Shown: positions 50,707-60,888, counted from the stretch's first letter. The stretch is 63,989 nt of DNA from an uncultured Gammaproteobacteria bacterium (GCA_963768215.1 CAVYHW010000075.1:1-63989); one strand, 5' to 3'. The notes: generated from the sequence alone by a model not told the origin. Made by a program: numbers and translations.

Positions 50707-52334
50707 ATGAAACATATATCGATTATTAGGACAGTATTAAAATTGACGCTGGTTGGCGTGACAGTTTTACTTGTTGCCTGCGGTGGTTCTAGTGGCAGCT
50801 CTAACGATGCCAGTATCAGCGGCACTATTGTTGCGGCACCGGTTAATGGTGCGGACGTCAGTGTCGTAGATGCTAATGGCAATGTTGTGGCAGGCCCTGT
50901 AAAAACCGATGCTGCTGGTAAGTACACATTAAGCATACCAAATGCCAGCCTGGCTCAGGACCTGATTGTTAAATCTACAGGCGGTACATTTACTGATGAA
51001 GCAACCGGCAATTCTGGAACGGCTGGTGAAATGTATGCTTATGCATCAGCTAATTCATTAAGCAATGGCAGCAGTGTATCAGCAACACCGGGATCAGCGA
51101 TTATTGCAAATCTTGTTATGGATCATGGTAAAACTATGACCCAGGCACAGGATGCTTTTGCTAGTGCATTTGGTTATACACCGGATATGTCAGTTACTCC
51201 TGCAGATGCAACAACGGCTCCAGCAGCGGATGAAACTGCATGGAATCTACACTGGCAGGTTTCCGTGCCGCTGCATTCAGTCAGCTGGCTATGGACCTGG
51301 GTTTATCGCAGGATGATCAGTTTGAATTGTTTGCCGCTCTGGCTCAGGATTTATCTGATGATAAGCTGGATGGGGTTGATGCCTCTGGTGCTGTTGCTAT
51401 AGGGACTACCGGCTCTACGCTTGAAGCGGATATTCAAAATCGCTTTGCAATGGCGCTGATAAATTTCAAAAACAATCCTAATAATTTGACAGAGCTTGAT
51501 AATAACGAGTTTGGCGATATTCCATTTGCCAAAGTGGCGTTAACAACCAGTTACCGGGTTGATTATATATTCGACAGGTTCGATGGCTCCCGTCAATGGT
51601 AAATCTACCTTCCAGATCCATGTTACCAATCGTAGTGATGGTAGTGATGCAACGGGTCTTACAACTATGCTGATGCCGGTGATGAATATGCTTGGTACTC
51701 ATAAGCATAGTACGCCAATGCCGACACCTGCTGTAATTGAAGACTGCTGGTGGTGGCTTATATAACGTTACACTTTACTATTTGATGCCTACCGCAATGG
51801 GGGGATACTGGGACCTGAAATTTATGGTTGCTGGTGAAGAAGCGCATTTTTATCCAACAGTAATGATGGCAATGGGCGATACAGCTCAGGTCAGGCTTAA
51901 AGGTGTTGATGATAAAATCATGTCTATGATGACCGGCACTATGGTTGGTCGTACTTATTTCATGTTTAAAGATAGCCTGACAGGTGGTATGGGATCTTAT
52001 GATTTTTCTGTCTTTGTTGCTGCTCAGGAAACCATGATGAATTTCCCTGCTGTATTTGATAACAGCATGCTAAGTGGTAATACACTTGTTAATGCAACAG
52101 TTGAAATTTCTGATGATGATGGTGCTAGCTGGACTCTAGCAACAGACGGTGGTAATGGCGTCTGGACTGCAACTGGTTTGACATTAACTGATGGTGTGGA
52201 AGATCAGATCAGGATCAGAGTTAACTATTGACGATACTGTTGTTGATGAAATGAAAACTACAAATGGTTTAATCAGAGAAGTTGATGTTAATGATTACCA
52301 GACGTTCACAGTAACCCCCGGCATGAGCATGTAG
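50707..52334 (+). pseudogene. Lipoprotein with a YtkA-like metal-binding-type C-terminal domain, at least 4 frameshifts
   Basis: The lipobox is LLVACGGSSG. The coding signal passes through frames 1>0>1>2>0 (ORFs 50707, 51240, 51559, 51737 and a tail to 52334). Contains MPVMNMLGTHKHSTPM...GGYWDLKF. Confidence 0.65.
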
Positions 52335-52375
52335 GCTGTTAATGTGAAAAAAGAATATCTCACCCCTGCATTTCG

Positions 52376-53341
52376 ATGCAGGTATTCTGTGGCCTCCTTA
52401 TGGGGGCCACTTTTTTGTTCAGTTCGTCAGCATGGTCTGCCTCCTGTTGTGGCGGTGGTTCTGCCACCTCGCTGGTTCTGCCCAAGTTCTCCAAGTCGAT
52501 GATCAATATTGCGTTGGACGTGGAGAGTTATGATGGTTTCTGGGATGGCGATGGTAATCTATCGGAATGATCCGCCGGGTTCTGATCTTAACCAGTATCG
52601 TTTGAATTTTGGTTATGCCCATCGGTTGGCGCCGCGCTGGCAGGCCGCTATTGTTGCGCCTTATGTGTGGAACAGTAACCAGTATGCCGGTTTGTCATCC
52701 AATACCAATGGACTGGGGGATATGACACTGGGCCTGACCTATGAAGCCTTCGATGGCATCAAGTGTGTGTGGAAAGTGCGAGACTGGAAAGACCTGGTTC
52801 CCGCTGCTTACTTCGGTCTGGCTTTAACCGTACCGACAGGTATCTCACCCTATGATAATGTGGAAAACAGTTTTGATATTACCGGGCGAGGATTTTATCG
52901 CCTTGACGGCAACATCCTGCTCGATAAAACCATTTATCCGTGGAACGCTTCACTGCTGTTTTCTTATGGTAAATATCTTGAGCGGGATGTTAATCGTGAA
53001 TACGGTAACTATGTCGAACCTTATAAAAAGGAGCTGGGTGACAGGATGCTGGGCACTGCAACTTTTGGTTACACTCACTTCCTCGATAATATGGATACCA
53101 TGACTTTTAGTCTTTCCTATTCACACCTGCAGGAAGATGCAGGGAAGTATCGATGGTCGGCCATGATGTTACCAGCGAGATGGAAAAGAACTCGGTTGGT
53201 GCGATACTGGCTTACTCTACGATGAATCGTGACTGGGTCTATAAACTCACCTTTATTCATGCCTTTCCGGAAGATGGTCAGGGCCAGAATTTTCCCGTCA
53301 CTGATATTTTGACACTGGGGGTTAGCCATGTTTTCCGCTAG
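52376..53341 (+). pseudogene. Second outer-membrane beta-barrel protein, 2 frameshifts
   Basis: ORFs 52376-52570, 52509-53225 and 53153-53341 overlap in frames 2>0>2 and read as one continuous barrel-like sequence ending ...LGVSHVFR. Confidence 0.6.
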
Positions 53342-53901
53342 ATTGATTATGCGAATCGTATATACTTGGCGCTTCACTGGGCATGGCAGGATGTGATGGT
53401 ATAACCGATGACCTGCTTCCTTCAGGTGATGATAACCGGCCAGTCTGTTGAGGCGGGAACTATTGGGACAAATGTTGGACAGATTGCACCTGATTTTCCA
53501 GTAGAGGTTCTGGATACACTTGGTAACAGCTCGTGGCCTCTATGATGAGCTTTCAAAGCCGGGTGTCACTGGCGTAGTGCTTTATTTCACATATGTGGTG
53601 TCCTGTCTGTGATAGTCACATGAGCCATATGCGTGCCAATGTTATGCCAAATTTTCCCGCAGTTAGTTTCTTTCTTGTCGATTATGTGAGTGGTTCGGTT
53701 TCAGCCTCTCGTAATGCGCAACAGTCTAGCGGTTATGGCAGCATTGAAACGCTGGTTGACACCGATCAGGCTGTGACTGATTTATACCAGGCATCCATGG
53801 GTACGACCGTTGTTATAGACAGTGCAGGCAACATTGTCAGGATGAATGAAGATTACAAGGACGGCGTAAAGCTCAGCGAAACATTGCAGGCACTGCCATG
53901 A
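53328..53901 (+). pseudogene. Thioredoxin-fold lipoprotein (WCPVC), at least 4 frameshifts
   Basis: Fragments lie in different frames: MFSARLIMRIV, LGASLGMAGC (lipobox), TIGTNVGQIAPDFPVEVLD, LYDELSKPGVTGVVLYFT, then MWCPVCDSH... (ORF 53593-53901). Confidence 0.6.
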
Positions 53902-54240
53902 AAATGATTCAGATTATTTTCATCTGTTTGATTTTGCCGGTGTCTTTTTTGCAGGTTGCACAGGCCGATGAGAAACAAAGCTCATCAGAGCAGACAGAAG
54001 AGGAAATGACAGGCAGTGAAAGAGCCGTCTATGCAGAAAGTCTGTTTGACAGGCAGGTGCCAGATGTGTCATCAGCTTCCGGAGCCGGGTATGCTGAGAC
54101 CAAATCAATGGAAATTAATACTTGTGACCATGCAGCAACGAATGCAGCAGGCTGGTGTACCACCGTTGACGGAAAAAGAAACTGAATTGCTACTCGCCTA
54201 CTTGCGGAAAGGTCACGTTAGACGTAGCGTCAGCAAGTAA
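53898..54240 (+). pseudogene. Small monoheme c-type cytochrome, 1 frameshift
   Basis: The signal peptide ORF (53898-) and the CQMCH-containing ORF (54016-54240) lie in adjacent frames. Confidence 0.55.
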
Positions 54241-54260
54241 CGGAAACGAAGAAAACTTTC

Positions 54261-54782
54261 ATGAGAAAACAAATTATTTTTCCGTTATTGTTTATGTTGA
54301 GTGGAGCAGTTCAGGCAACAGCACCGCTGGCCGATTTATTTGTTGTGCCTGAGGTTGCTCGACATACTGCGCCGGATTTTGTCTCAGAAAATCTGCGTGG
54401 TGGAAATACTGGCCTGGAAGATTATAAGGGCAAGATCGTGCTGCTTAATTTCTGGGCTACCTGGTGTATGCCTTGCCGCGCTGAAATGCCGGGAATGGAA
54501 ACACTGTGGCAGAAATATAAAGAACAGGGTCTGGTGATTGCCGCTGTCTCTGTTGACGAAGGATCTAAAGGACGGATTGAAACATTTTCAAAATTACTCG
54601 ATTTGAGTTTTCCCATCTTGCTGGACCCGGAAAGCAAGGTGAGTGACCTGTATAAAGTATCCAGCATGCCTACCAGTTTTTTGATCGATCGCAATGGAAA
54701 AATTATCAGTCGTATTGTTGGTACAGAGGAATGGTCATCGCCGGAGGCTATTCAGTTTGTTGAAGGTCTTCTTTCTCAATAG
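54261..54782 (+). CDS. TlpA/ResA-family periplasmic thiol:disulfide oxidoreductase
   Basis: 173 aa with a signal peptide and NFWATWCMPCRAEMP. Confidence 0.85.
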   Translation: MRKQIIFPLLFMLSGAVQATAPLADLFVVPEVARHTAPDFVSENLRGGNTGLEDYKGKIVLLNFWATWCMPCRAEMPGMETLWQKYKEQGLVIAAVSVDEGSKGRIETFSKLLDLSFPILLDPESKVSDLYKVSSMPTSFLIDRNGKIISRIVGTEEWSSPEAIQFVEGLLSQ

Positions 54783-54997
54783 ATGGCGTGATGCCCGTTG
54801 CTTATTACGACCTGCAATATTCTCTATCATTATCTCTTCTTGACCCTGATTTATGAAAAAAAAACTTGGAAAACGTATATAAAATGTCTCTATGATGACA
54901 TATTTTATTGTTTTTTTACGGGGTATAATATATTTTAAGGTTTGATTTAAATAAATTATTCTAATAATGTTTTTTTACATTCGTGTATAATCCAGCA

Positions 54998-55050
54998 GTG
55001 TAACGATTTAGTCATATTCTGTAACAATTCTGTAATATTCTGCTGATATT
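54998..55050 (+). promoter_or_regulatory. Pho-box-like array upstream of pstS
   Basis: Heptamers phased at 10-11 bp: gTGTAAC gatt tAGTCAT att CTGTAAC aatt CTGTAAT att CTGCTGA. The E. coli PhoB half-site consensus is CTGTCAT with an 11-bp repeat. Confidence 0.5.
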
Positions 55051-55186
55051 ATCTGCTTGTTCAATCTGCTTAAGCAGCGAAAACACAGTCGTGGTATGTA
55101 TATTATGCAATGCTCTGATATCTGCTTATTGCAACAGAGGTAAACCTGTTTAACAACAATAGTTTAAATATTTCAGGAGTTAACGA

Positions 55187-56056
55187 ATGAAGACCATATC
55201 CATGCCAGTAGCAACGTTACTGATTGCAGCCTTTTTAACTGTTCAGCCAGCACATGCACGTACCGTTCTTCAGAACAAAGGTTCTGATACTCTGGTTAAT
55301 GTCGCACAGGCATGGGCAGAGGAATATCAGAAAGTGAAACCAGAAGTTGCTATCGCGGTTTCAGGTGGTGGTTCGGGCACGGGTATTGCTGCCATGATTA
55401 ATGGTACCGTCGATATCGCGAATGCCAGCCGTAAGATGAAAGAAAAAGAAGTTAAGCTGGCAAAGAAGGGCGGCCAGAACCCGGTTGAACATGTTGTCGG
55501 TTATGACGCGCTGGCTGTTTTTCTTCATAAAAATAATCCGATTAATGAACTCTCCTTTGCACAGCTGAAGGACATATATGGCCGTGAAGGAAAGGCGCGT
55601 AAATGGTCTGACCTGGGTGTCAAGGTTCCTGGTTGTAACAGTGATAAGATTGTCGTAGTTAGCCGCCAGAACAACTCCGGTACCTATGTCTATTTTAAAA
55701 AGGCAATTCTGGGGAAAGGTAAATACCGATCTGGCACCCTTGATATGCATGGCTCAAAAGATGTTGTCGACCTGGTTGAGCATACAGCCTGCGCCATTGG
55801 TTACAGTGGACTGGCTTACGCTAATGAACACGTAAAAATGGCCTGTATCAGTAAAGATGGCGCTAAATGCGTTAACCCAAGTGTGCCAACAGCCGTTGAC
55901 CGCAGTTACCCGGTTGCACGCCCATTGTTCATGTACACCAATGGTGAGCCAAAAGGTGATATCAAAGATTATCTTGACTGGATCTTAAGCGATGTAGGAC
56001 AGTGTATTATTTATAAAAAGGGATATGCACCAACGACGTCGGTTGAGTGTAAATAA
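55187..56056 (+). CDS. pstS: Phosphate ABC transporter substrate-binding protein PstS
   Basis: 289 aa with a signal peptide and GSDTL...VSGGGSGTGIAAMINGTVDIANASR. Confidence 0.9.
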   Translation: MKTISMPVATLLIAAFLTVQPAHARTVLQNKGSDTLVNVAQAWAEEYQKVKPEVAIAVSGGGSGTGIAAMINGTVDIANASRKMKEKEVKLAKKGGQNPVEHVVGYDALAVFLHKNNPINELSFAQLKDIYGREGKARKWSDLGVKVPGCNSDKIVVVSRQNNSGTYVYFKKAILGKGKYRSGTLDMHGSKDVVDLVEHTACAIGYSGLAYANEHVKMACISKDGAKCVNPSVPTAVDRSYPVARPLFMYTNGEPKGDIKDYLDWILSDVGQCIIYKKGYAPTTSVECK

Positions 56057-56243
56057 CGGAGTACTTTTGCTGTCATCCGTGTAAATAGGCATGGTTGAGG
56101 TCGCTGAATTTGAGCTGTTTGTATGCAGGCGGGATAAAATTCGTTAACATGGATGTTAAACGAACTCCGTTGTATGTAAACTAAACGTCACGCGTTACAG
56201 CAATCATACACTTGATTTATACACAAGGTAAAGTAGGTAAATT

Positions 56244-57326
56244 ATGTCGCATTACGAAGAACGTCTGGAAAATGACCTGGATAATATACGCAGTGAAGTC
56301 AGCAAACTGGCAGGCTGGGTGGAGATCGCGGTAAATAACTCGGTCCATGCACTATTGAGCGGAAATGATGAACTTGCCAGTGCGACCATACTCGGTGACG
56401 GCCCTATCAACCGGAAGATGCGGGAAATCGACGCTCTGTGTCATCGCTTCGTGGCCGTGCATTTACCCAGTGCCGGTCCCTTGCGTCTGATTTCATCGGT
56501 GATACGGATCAATATCATACTGGAGCGTATCGGTGATTATGCGGTAACTATCAGTCGTGAATTGAAGCAGATGGACGTTGAGCTAGATAAGAGTTTCACT
56601 CTTGGCATCGAATTACTGGCAAGTGAAGTTCAGTTGATGTTGAAACAGGCAGTTACTTCATTCGAAGAGGACAACGTTGAACTGGCTAAAGGCACGATTG
56701 CCATGGCATCCCAGGTAACCAATACCGTGGCCGGTTTATATCAGGGATTGTGTGATGAGAAGTTAAACTTGCCACTAAAGGAAAAATTTGCGGTATTTTC
56801 TGTTTATCACCGGCTTGAAAGAATTGCTGATCAGGCAAAAAACCTGTGTGAGCAGACAGTTTTTACCGTTGCGGGAGAGGGCAAGGCCAGCAAGGTATAT
56901 CACATTTTGTTTATTGATGATGACAACAGTTGCCTCAGCCAGATGGCTGAAGCCATTGCCCGCAAACATTTTCCTGAAAGCGGTGTTTATCTTAGTGTGG
57001 CTGGTGTTAAGCCGGCCGCAAATTTGTCAGCAGGGCTGCTGGAATATATGGATGGGCACGGTATGCCAACGACTAATGTTGAACTCAGGGCAAACGAACT
57101 GACTCCTATTCAATTGGGCGGCTTCCATATTATTGTCAGTTTGCAGGCGCCTGTTAGCGCTTATATTCAAAGCCCTCCTTTTAATACAACATCGATAACC
57201 TGGAAGTTGGCCTCTGTACCGGAAGGTTGTGTTTGTGATGAGCAGGCGTATGAAAATATACATCGCGAGCTTTCGGTACGTATAAAAGACCTGATGGTTC
57301 TGTTGCGCGGAGAGGATGCGTCCTAA
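56244..57326 (+). CDS. PhoU-domain protein fused to a degenerate ArsC/LMW-PTP-like domain
   Basis: Residues 1-~215 form two PhoU repeats (LERIGDYAVTIS, LERIADQAKNLCE). The C-terminus ILFIDDDNSCLSQMAEAI...SVAGVKPA...IIVSLQ aligns with pI258 ArsC IYFICTGNSCRSQMAEGW...SAGIE...VVTLC. Confidence 0.8.
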   Translation: MSHYEERLENDLDNIRSEVSKLAGWVEIAVNNSVHALLSGNDELASATILGDGPINRKMREIDALCHRFVAVHLPSAGPLRLISSVIRINIILERIGDYAVTISRELKQMDVELDKSFTLGIELLASEVQLMLKQAVTSFEEDNVELAKGTIAMASQVTNTVAGLYQGLCDEKLNLPLKEKFAVFSVYHRLERIADQAKNLCEQTVFTVAGEGKASKVYHILFIDDDNSCLSQMAEAIARKHFPESGVYLSVAGVKPAANLSAGLLEYMDGHGMPTTNVELRANELTPIQLGGFHIIVSLQAPVSAYIQSPPFNTTSITWKLASVPEGCVCDEQAYENIHRELSVRIKDLMVLLRGEDAS

Positions 57327-58254
57327 GATGGGTAAGGCCAATACACAAACTGCACACGATAATTATGATCGCCGCACCATGGACTGGTATATCGATAAAC
57401 TCATGCAAACGCTGGTCTTTATTAGCGGTATATCAGCCATTATATTCATCATCGGGATATTTGTTTTTATCACGAAGGAAGGCATGGGTTTTGTTGTTCA
57501 CGACATGGATTTCACTGAGTTTTTCACTTCCCAGTACTGGTCACCCAGCGATGAAGACGACCCGGAGTATGGTATTCTTGCGCTTATTGCCGGTACGGCC
57601 AGTGTCACCGGCCTGGCAATGGTGGTTGCTATTCCGTTCGCATTAGGTGCGGCCATTTATATCGGTGAATTTTCCAGTGGTAAAACACGTGAATCCCTCA
57701 AGGTGCTGGTAGAGCTGCTGGCAGCGATCCCTTCAGTTGTCTGGGGTTTTATCGGCCTGTCAATTATGAACCCGCTGATCATTGCTGTGTTCGATGTGCC
57801 GGTTGGGCTTAATATTCTTAATGCCGGTATTATTCTCGGCTTAATGGCGGCGCCCATTATGGCATCCATCGCCGAGGATGCATTGAAAGCAGTTCCAGAC
57901 ACTTATCGTGAAGCTGCAGAAGCGATGGGCGCCACACGCTGGCAGGTGATTTTCAAGGTTGTACTGCCTGCCGCCAAAAACGGCCTGTTAGGTGCTGTGT
58001 TGCTGGGTGTAGGTCGTGGCTTTGGTGAGACCATGGCGGTGTTGATGGCCACCGGTCACTCGGTAAATATGCCGGGCAGTATTTTCGATTCAGTGCGCGC
58101 CTTAACTGCAACCATCGCCGCTGAGCTGGGTGAGACTGCCGTCGGTTCGCCTCACTATGGCGTACTGTTTACCATCGGTATCTTCCTGTTCCTGATAACT
58201 TTCGTGATTAACATGACTGCGGACCTGATTATTCGTGATGTGCGCAAGGGCTAA
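57316..58254 (+). CDS. pstC: Phosphate ABC transporter permease PstC
   Basis: 312 aa with 6 TM segments. Operon position supports the call. Confidence 0.92.
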   Translation: MRPKMGKANTQTAHDNYDRRTMDWYIDKLMQTLVFISGISAIIFIIGIFVFITKEGMGFVVHDMDFTEFFTSQYWSPSDEDDPEYGILALIAGTASVTGLAMVVAIPFALGAAIYIGEFSSGKTRESLKVLVELLAAIPSVVWGFIGLSIMNPLIIAVFDVPVGLNILNAGIILGLMAAPIMASIAEDALKAVPDTYREAAEAMGATRWQVIFKVVLPAAKNGLLGAVLLGVGRGFGETMAVLMATGHSVNMPGSIFDSVRALTATIAAELGETAVGSPHYGVLFTIGIFLFLITFVINMTADLIIRDVRKG

Positions 58255-58270
58255 AACTTGGTAGTAAATT

Positions 58271-59140
58271 ATGTTTAAAACTTCAGAGATCAATAAACGC
58301 AATCAGAAAAATCAGAAACTGTATCAGTTGTTGTTCATGACAATGACACTGTTACTCATCCTGCCAGTGACAATCATACTGGGTATGCTTGTTTATAAGG
58401 GTGGCAGTATGATCTCGGTAGATTTCCTGTTCTCGAGCCCTACAGACGGTATGACCGCAGGCGGGATTTTCCCGGCGATATTTGGAACCATCTGGCTGGT
58501 TGCTGTTGCCTTGCTGGTATCGGTACCGATAGGCGTGGCTGCGGCAATTTATTTAAGTGAGTATGCACCGGACAACTGGCTGACACGTATTATCAATCTC
58601 GCCATTATCAATCTTGCGGGTGTTCCTTCTATTGTGCATGCGCTGTTTGGTGTAGGCGCCTTTGTTATCTTTTTCGGTTTTGGTACCAGCATACTGGCCG
58701 CCAGCCTGACGCTTGCGATTATGACCATGCCGGTTGTTATTGTTGCCAGCCGTGAATCCTTGCAGGCGGTACCGCAGGCATTTCGTGTGGCATGCTGGAA
58801 TATGGGCGCAACGCGCTGGCAGACCATCAGGCGTGTGGTGTTGCCAAATGCGGTCAGTGGTATTCTGACGGGTGTTATTCTGGAAGTTTCGCGCACCACG
58901 GGTGAGACGGCGCCTATCATGTTTACTGGCGCGGCATTCTTTCTGCCATTTCTGCCACAGAGTGTGTTTGATCAGACCATGGCACTGTCGTTGCATTTGT
59001 TCGTGGTATCAACCCAGGTCCCGAACGTACCGGAAGCTTTGCCTTACGGTGTAGCACTGGTGTTAATTGGCATGGTACTTATCATGAACAGCCTGTCTAT
59101 CGCATTCCGTATGCATCTGCGTGGTAAGAAAAAATGGTAA
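58271..59140 (+). CDS. pstA: Phosphate ABC transporter permease PstA
   Basis: 289 aa with 6 TM segments. Operon position supports the call. Confidence 0.92.
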   Translation: MFKTSEINKRNQKNQKLYQLLFMTMTLLLILPVTIILGMLVYKGGSMISVDFLFSSPTDGMTAGGIFPAIFGTIWLVAVALLVSVPIGVAAAIYLSEYAPDNWLTRIINLAIINLAGVPSIVHALFGVGAFVIFFGFGTSILAASLTLAIMTMPVVIVASRESLQAVPQAFRVACWNMGATRWQTIRRVVLPNAVSGILTGVILEVSRTTGETAPIMFTGAAFFLPFLPQSVFDQTMALSLHLFVVSTQVPNVPEALPYGVALVLIGMVLIMNSLSIAFRMHLRGKKKW

Positions 59141-59958
59141 GCACTGCCGAAGCGGCTAATGAGACTACAGACATGCAAATGAACGAAGCCAAAATGAATG
59201 AAGCACCGATCAAGCTTGATGTCAGAGATGTTTCTATCTATTACGGTGATGACCCGGCCATTGAAAATGTCACGCTGGATGTCAGAGAGCATGAAATATT
59301 CGGCATCATCGGCCCTGCCAATGCAGGTAAAACATCGTTTCTAAAAGCGATAAACCGTATGGATATGTTTACCTCGAATATGAAGGTGAAGGGCGATATT
59401 TTTTTTAGTGGATATGATATCCGTAAAGCCCGTAACATTTATGCCCTGCGTAGCCGAATTGGTGTGGTTTTTCCGCTGCCGGTCGGGTTGCCTATGACGA
59501 TATACAACAATGTCGCACTGGCGCCACAGCTTTCTGGCATCAAAGAAAAAGCGGAACTGGATGTCATTGTCGAGCGCTGCCTGACCAGGGCCGCATTATG
59601 GGATGAGGTCAAGGACCGGCTTGATTCACTGGGTAGCCTGTTATCGGGTGGTCAGCAACAGCGTTTGACCATAGCGCGTGCATTGTCACAGTCACCTGAA
59701 GTGCTCATGCTGGATGAATTTTCAATTGCGGTTGACCCGGTCACGACCATGCGTATTGAGGACGTGCTCAAGGAGCTGAAGTCTGAGATGACCATTATCC
59801 TTGTTACCAACCTGGTACAGCAGGCTCGCAGGCTGGCAGACCGGACGGCCTTTTTCCTGGACGGTGAATGTGTCGAAATAGGAAAGACCGAAGACCTGTT
59901 CAACGGCAATGTGAAACATCAGAAAACGCTGGATTATATTCAGGGTAAATTCGGTTAA
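59134..59958 (+). CDS. pstB: PstB-like ATPase 1. The signature motif is intact, while the Q-loop and H-loop are degenerate.
   Basis: Walker A GPANAGKT, signature LSGGQQQRLTIARAL and Walker B LMLDEF. The Q-loop is VVFPLP (no Gln). The H-loop is LVTNLVQQARR (Asn in place of His). Confidence 0.88.
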   Translation: MVSTAEAANETTDMQMNEAKMNEAPIKLDVRDVSIYYGDDPAIENVTLDVREHEIFGIIGPANAGKTSFLKAINRMDMFTSNMKVKGDIFFSGYDIRKARNIYALRSRIGVVFPLPVGLPMTIYNNVALAPQLSGIKEKAELDVIVERCLTRAALWDEVKDRLDSLGSLLSGGQQQRLTIARALSQSPEVLMLDEFSIAVDPVTTMRIEDVLKELKSEMTIILVTNLVQQARRLADRTAFFLDGECVEIGKTEDLFNGNVKHQKTLDYIQGKFG

Positions 59959-60008
59959 TTATAAACATGCTGAATAGATACAATTAGAAACCATACTGTA
60001 GAAAAAAT

Positions 60009-60812
60009 ATGAATCATGCAAGCCAGATAATTGAAGACGTAAATACAGACGAATATGCAATCCATACGTCTGACCTGAACCTGTGGTATGGCACATTTCA
60101 GGCGCTGTTTGATATCAACCTGAATATTAAAAATGGCATCATTACATCACTCATCGGGCCATCCGGATGTGGTAAAAGCACCTTTCTGCGCAGTGTAAAC
60201 CGGATCAACGAGCGTCTGGGTTATGTGCGTATTGAAGGTTCGATTGATGTTAGGGGACAGAACATTTATGATGAAAATGTTGAGATTCTCCAGGTTCGTA
60301 AACAGATTGGTATGGTCTTTCAGCGGCCAAACCCGCTGCCTTTATCTATTCGTGAAAATATCCTGTTTGGTCACAAGATCCATCAGAGCGGCAAATCAAG
60401 CAGTCGCAGTGAGCAGGACGACATTGTTGAATCTGCTCTGCGTACCGTTTTATTGTGGGACAAGGTAAAAGATCAACTGGACCGCAAGGCAACAGAGTTA
60501 TCACTCGAAGAGCAGCAAAAATTATGCATTGCCCGTCTGCTGCCGGTGAAGCCCAGTATCCTGTTAATGGATGAACCCTGCTCTGCGCTAGACCCAAAAG
60601 GCACAGAAGCGGTGGAAGAGCTGATCTGGGAACTGCGTGGTGAGTATACGATTTTGATTGTGACACATAATATGTCACAGGCAAGACGCGCCAGTGAAGA
60701 GTGCATCTTTATGCTGATGGGAAAAGTTGTTGAGCATACTGCAACAGATGAACTGTTTGTCACACCTAAGCACAAGGAAACGGCGGATTATATTGAAGGT
60801 CGCTACGGCTAG
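60009..60812 (+). CDS. pstB: PstB-like ATPase 2. The catalytic motifs are intact, while the signature is degenerate.
   Basis: Walker A GPSGCGKST, Q-loop MVFQRPNP, Walker B LLMDEP and H-loop IVTHNMSQARR. The signature is LSLEEQQKLCIARLL instead of LSGGQ. Confidence 0.88.
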   Translation: MNHASQIIEDVNTDEYAIHTSDLNLWYGTFQALFDINLNIKNGIITSLIGPSGCGKSTFLRSVNRINERLGYVRIEGSIDVRGQNIYDENVEILQVRKQIGMVFQRPNPLPLSIRENILFGHKIHQSGKSSSRSEQDDIVESALRTVLLWDKVKDQLDRKATELSLEEQQKLCIARLLPVKPSILLMDEPCSALDPKGTEAVEELIWELRGEYTILIVTHNMSQARRASEECIFMLMGKVVEHTATDELFVTPKHKETADYIEGRYG

Positions 60813-60888
60813 AGTCTTTCTAGGCCTGCTTTGCGCCTTGACGAGAGAATGAACTTGATGGCTGTCAGTAGTCCTATGCGGACGGCGG

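Noticed and set aside
59134-60812. Possibility that the two pstB genes are an assembly duplication
   Set aside because: The proteins differ throughout, with different N-termini and different motif states, so they are genuine paralogs.
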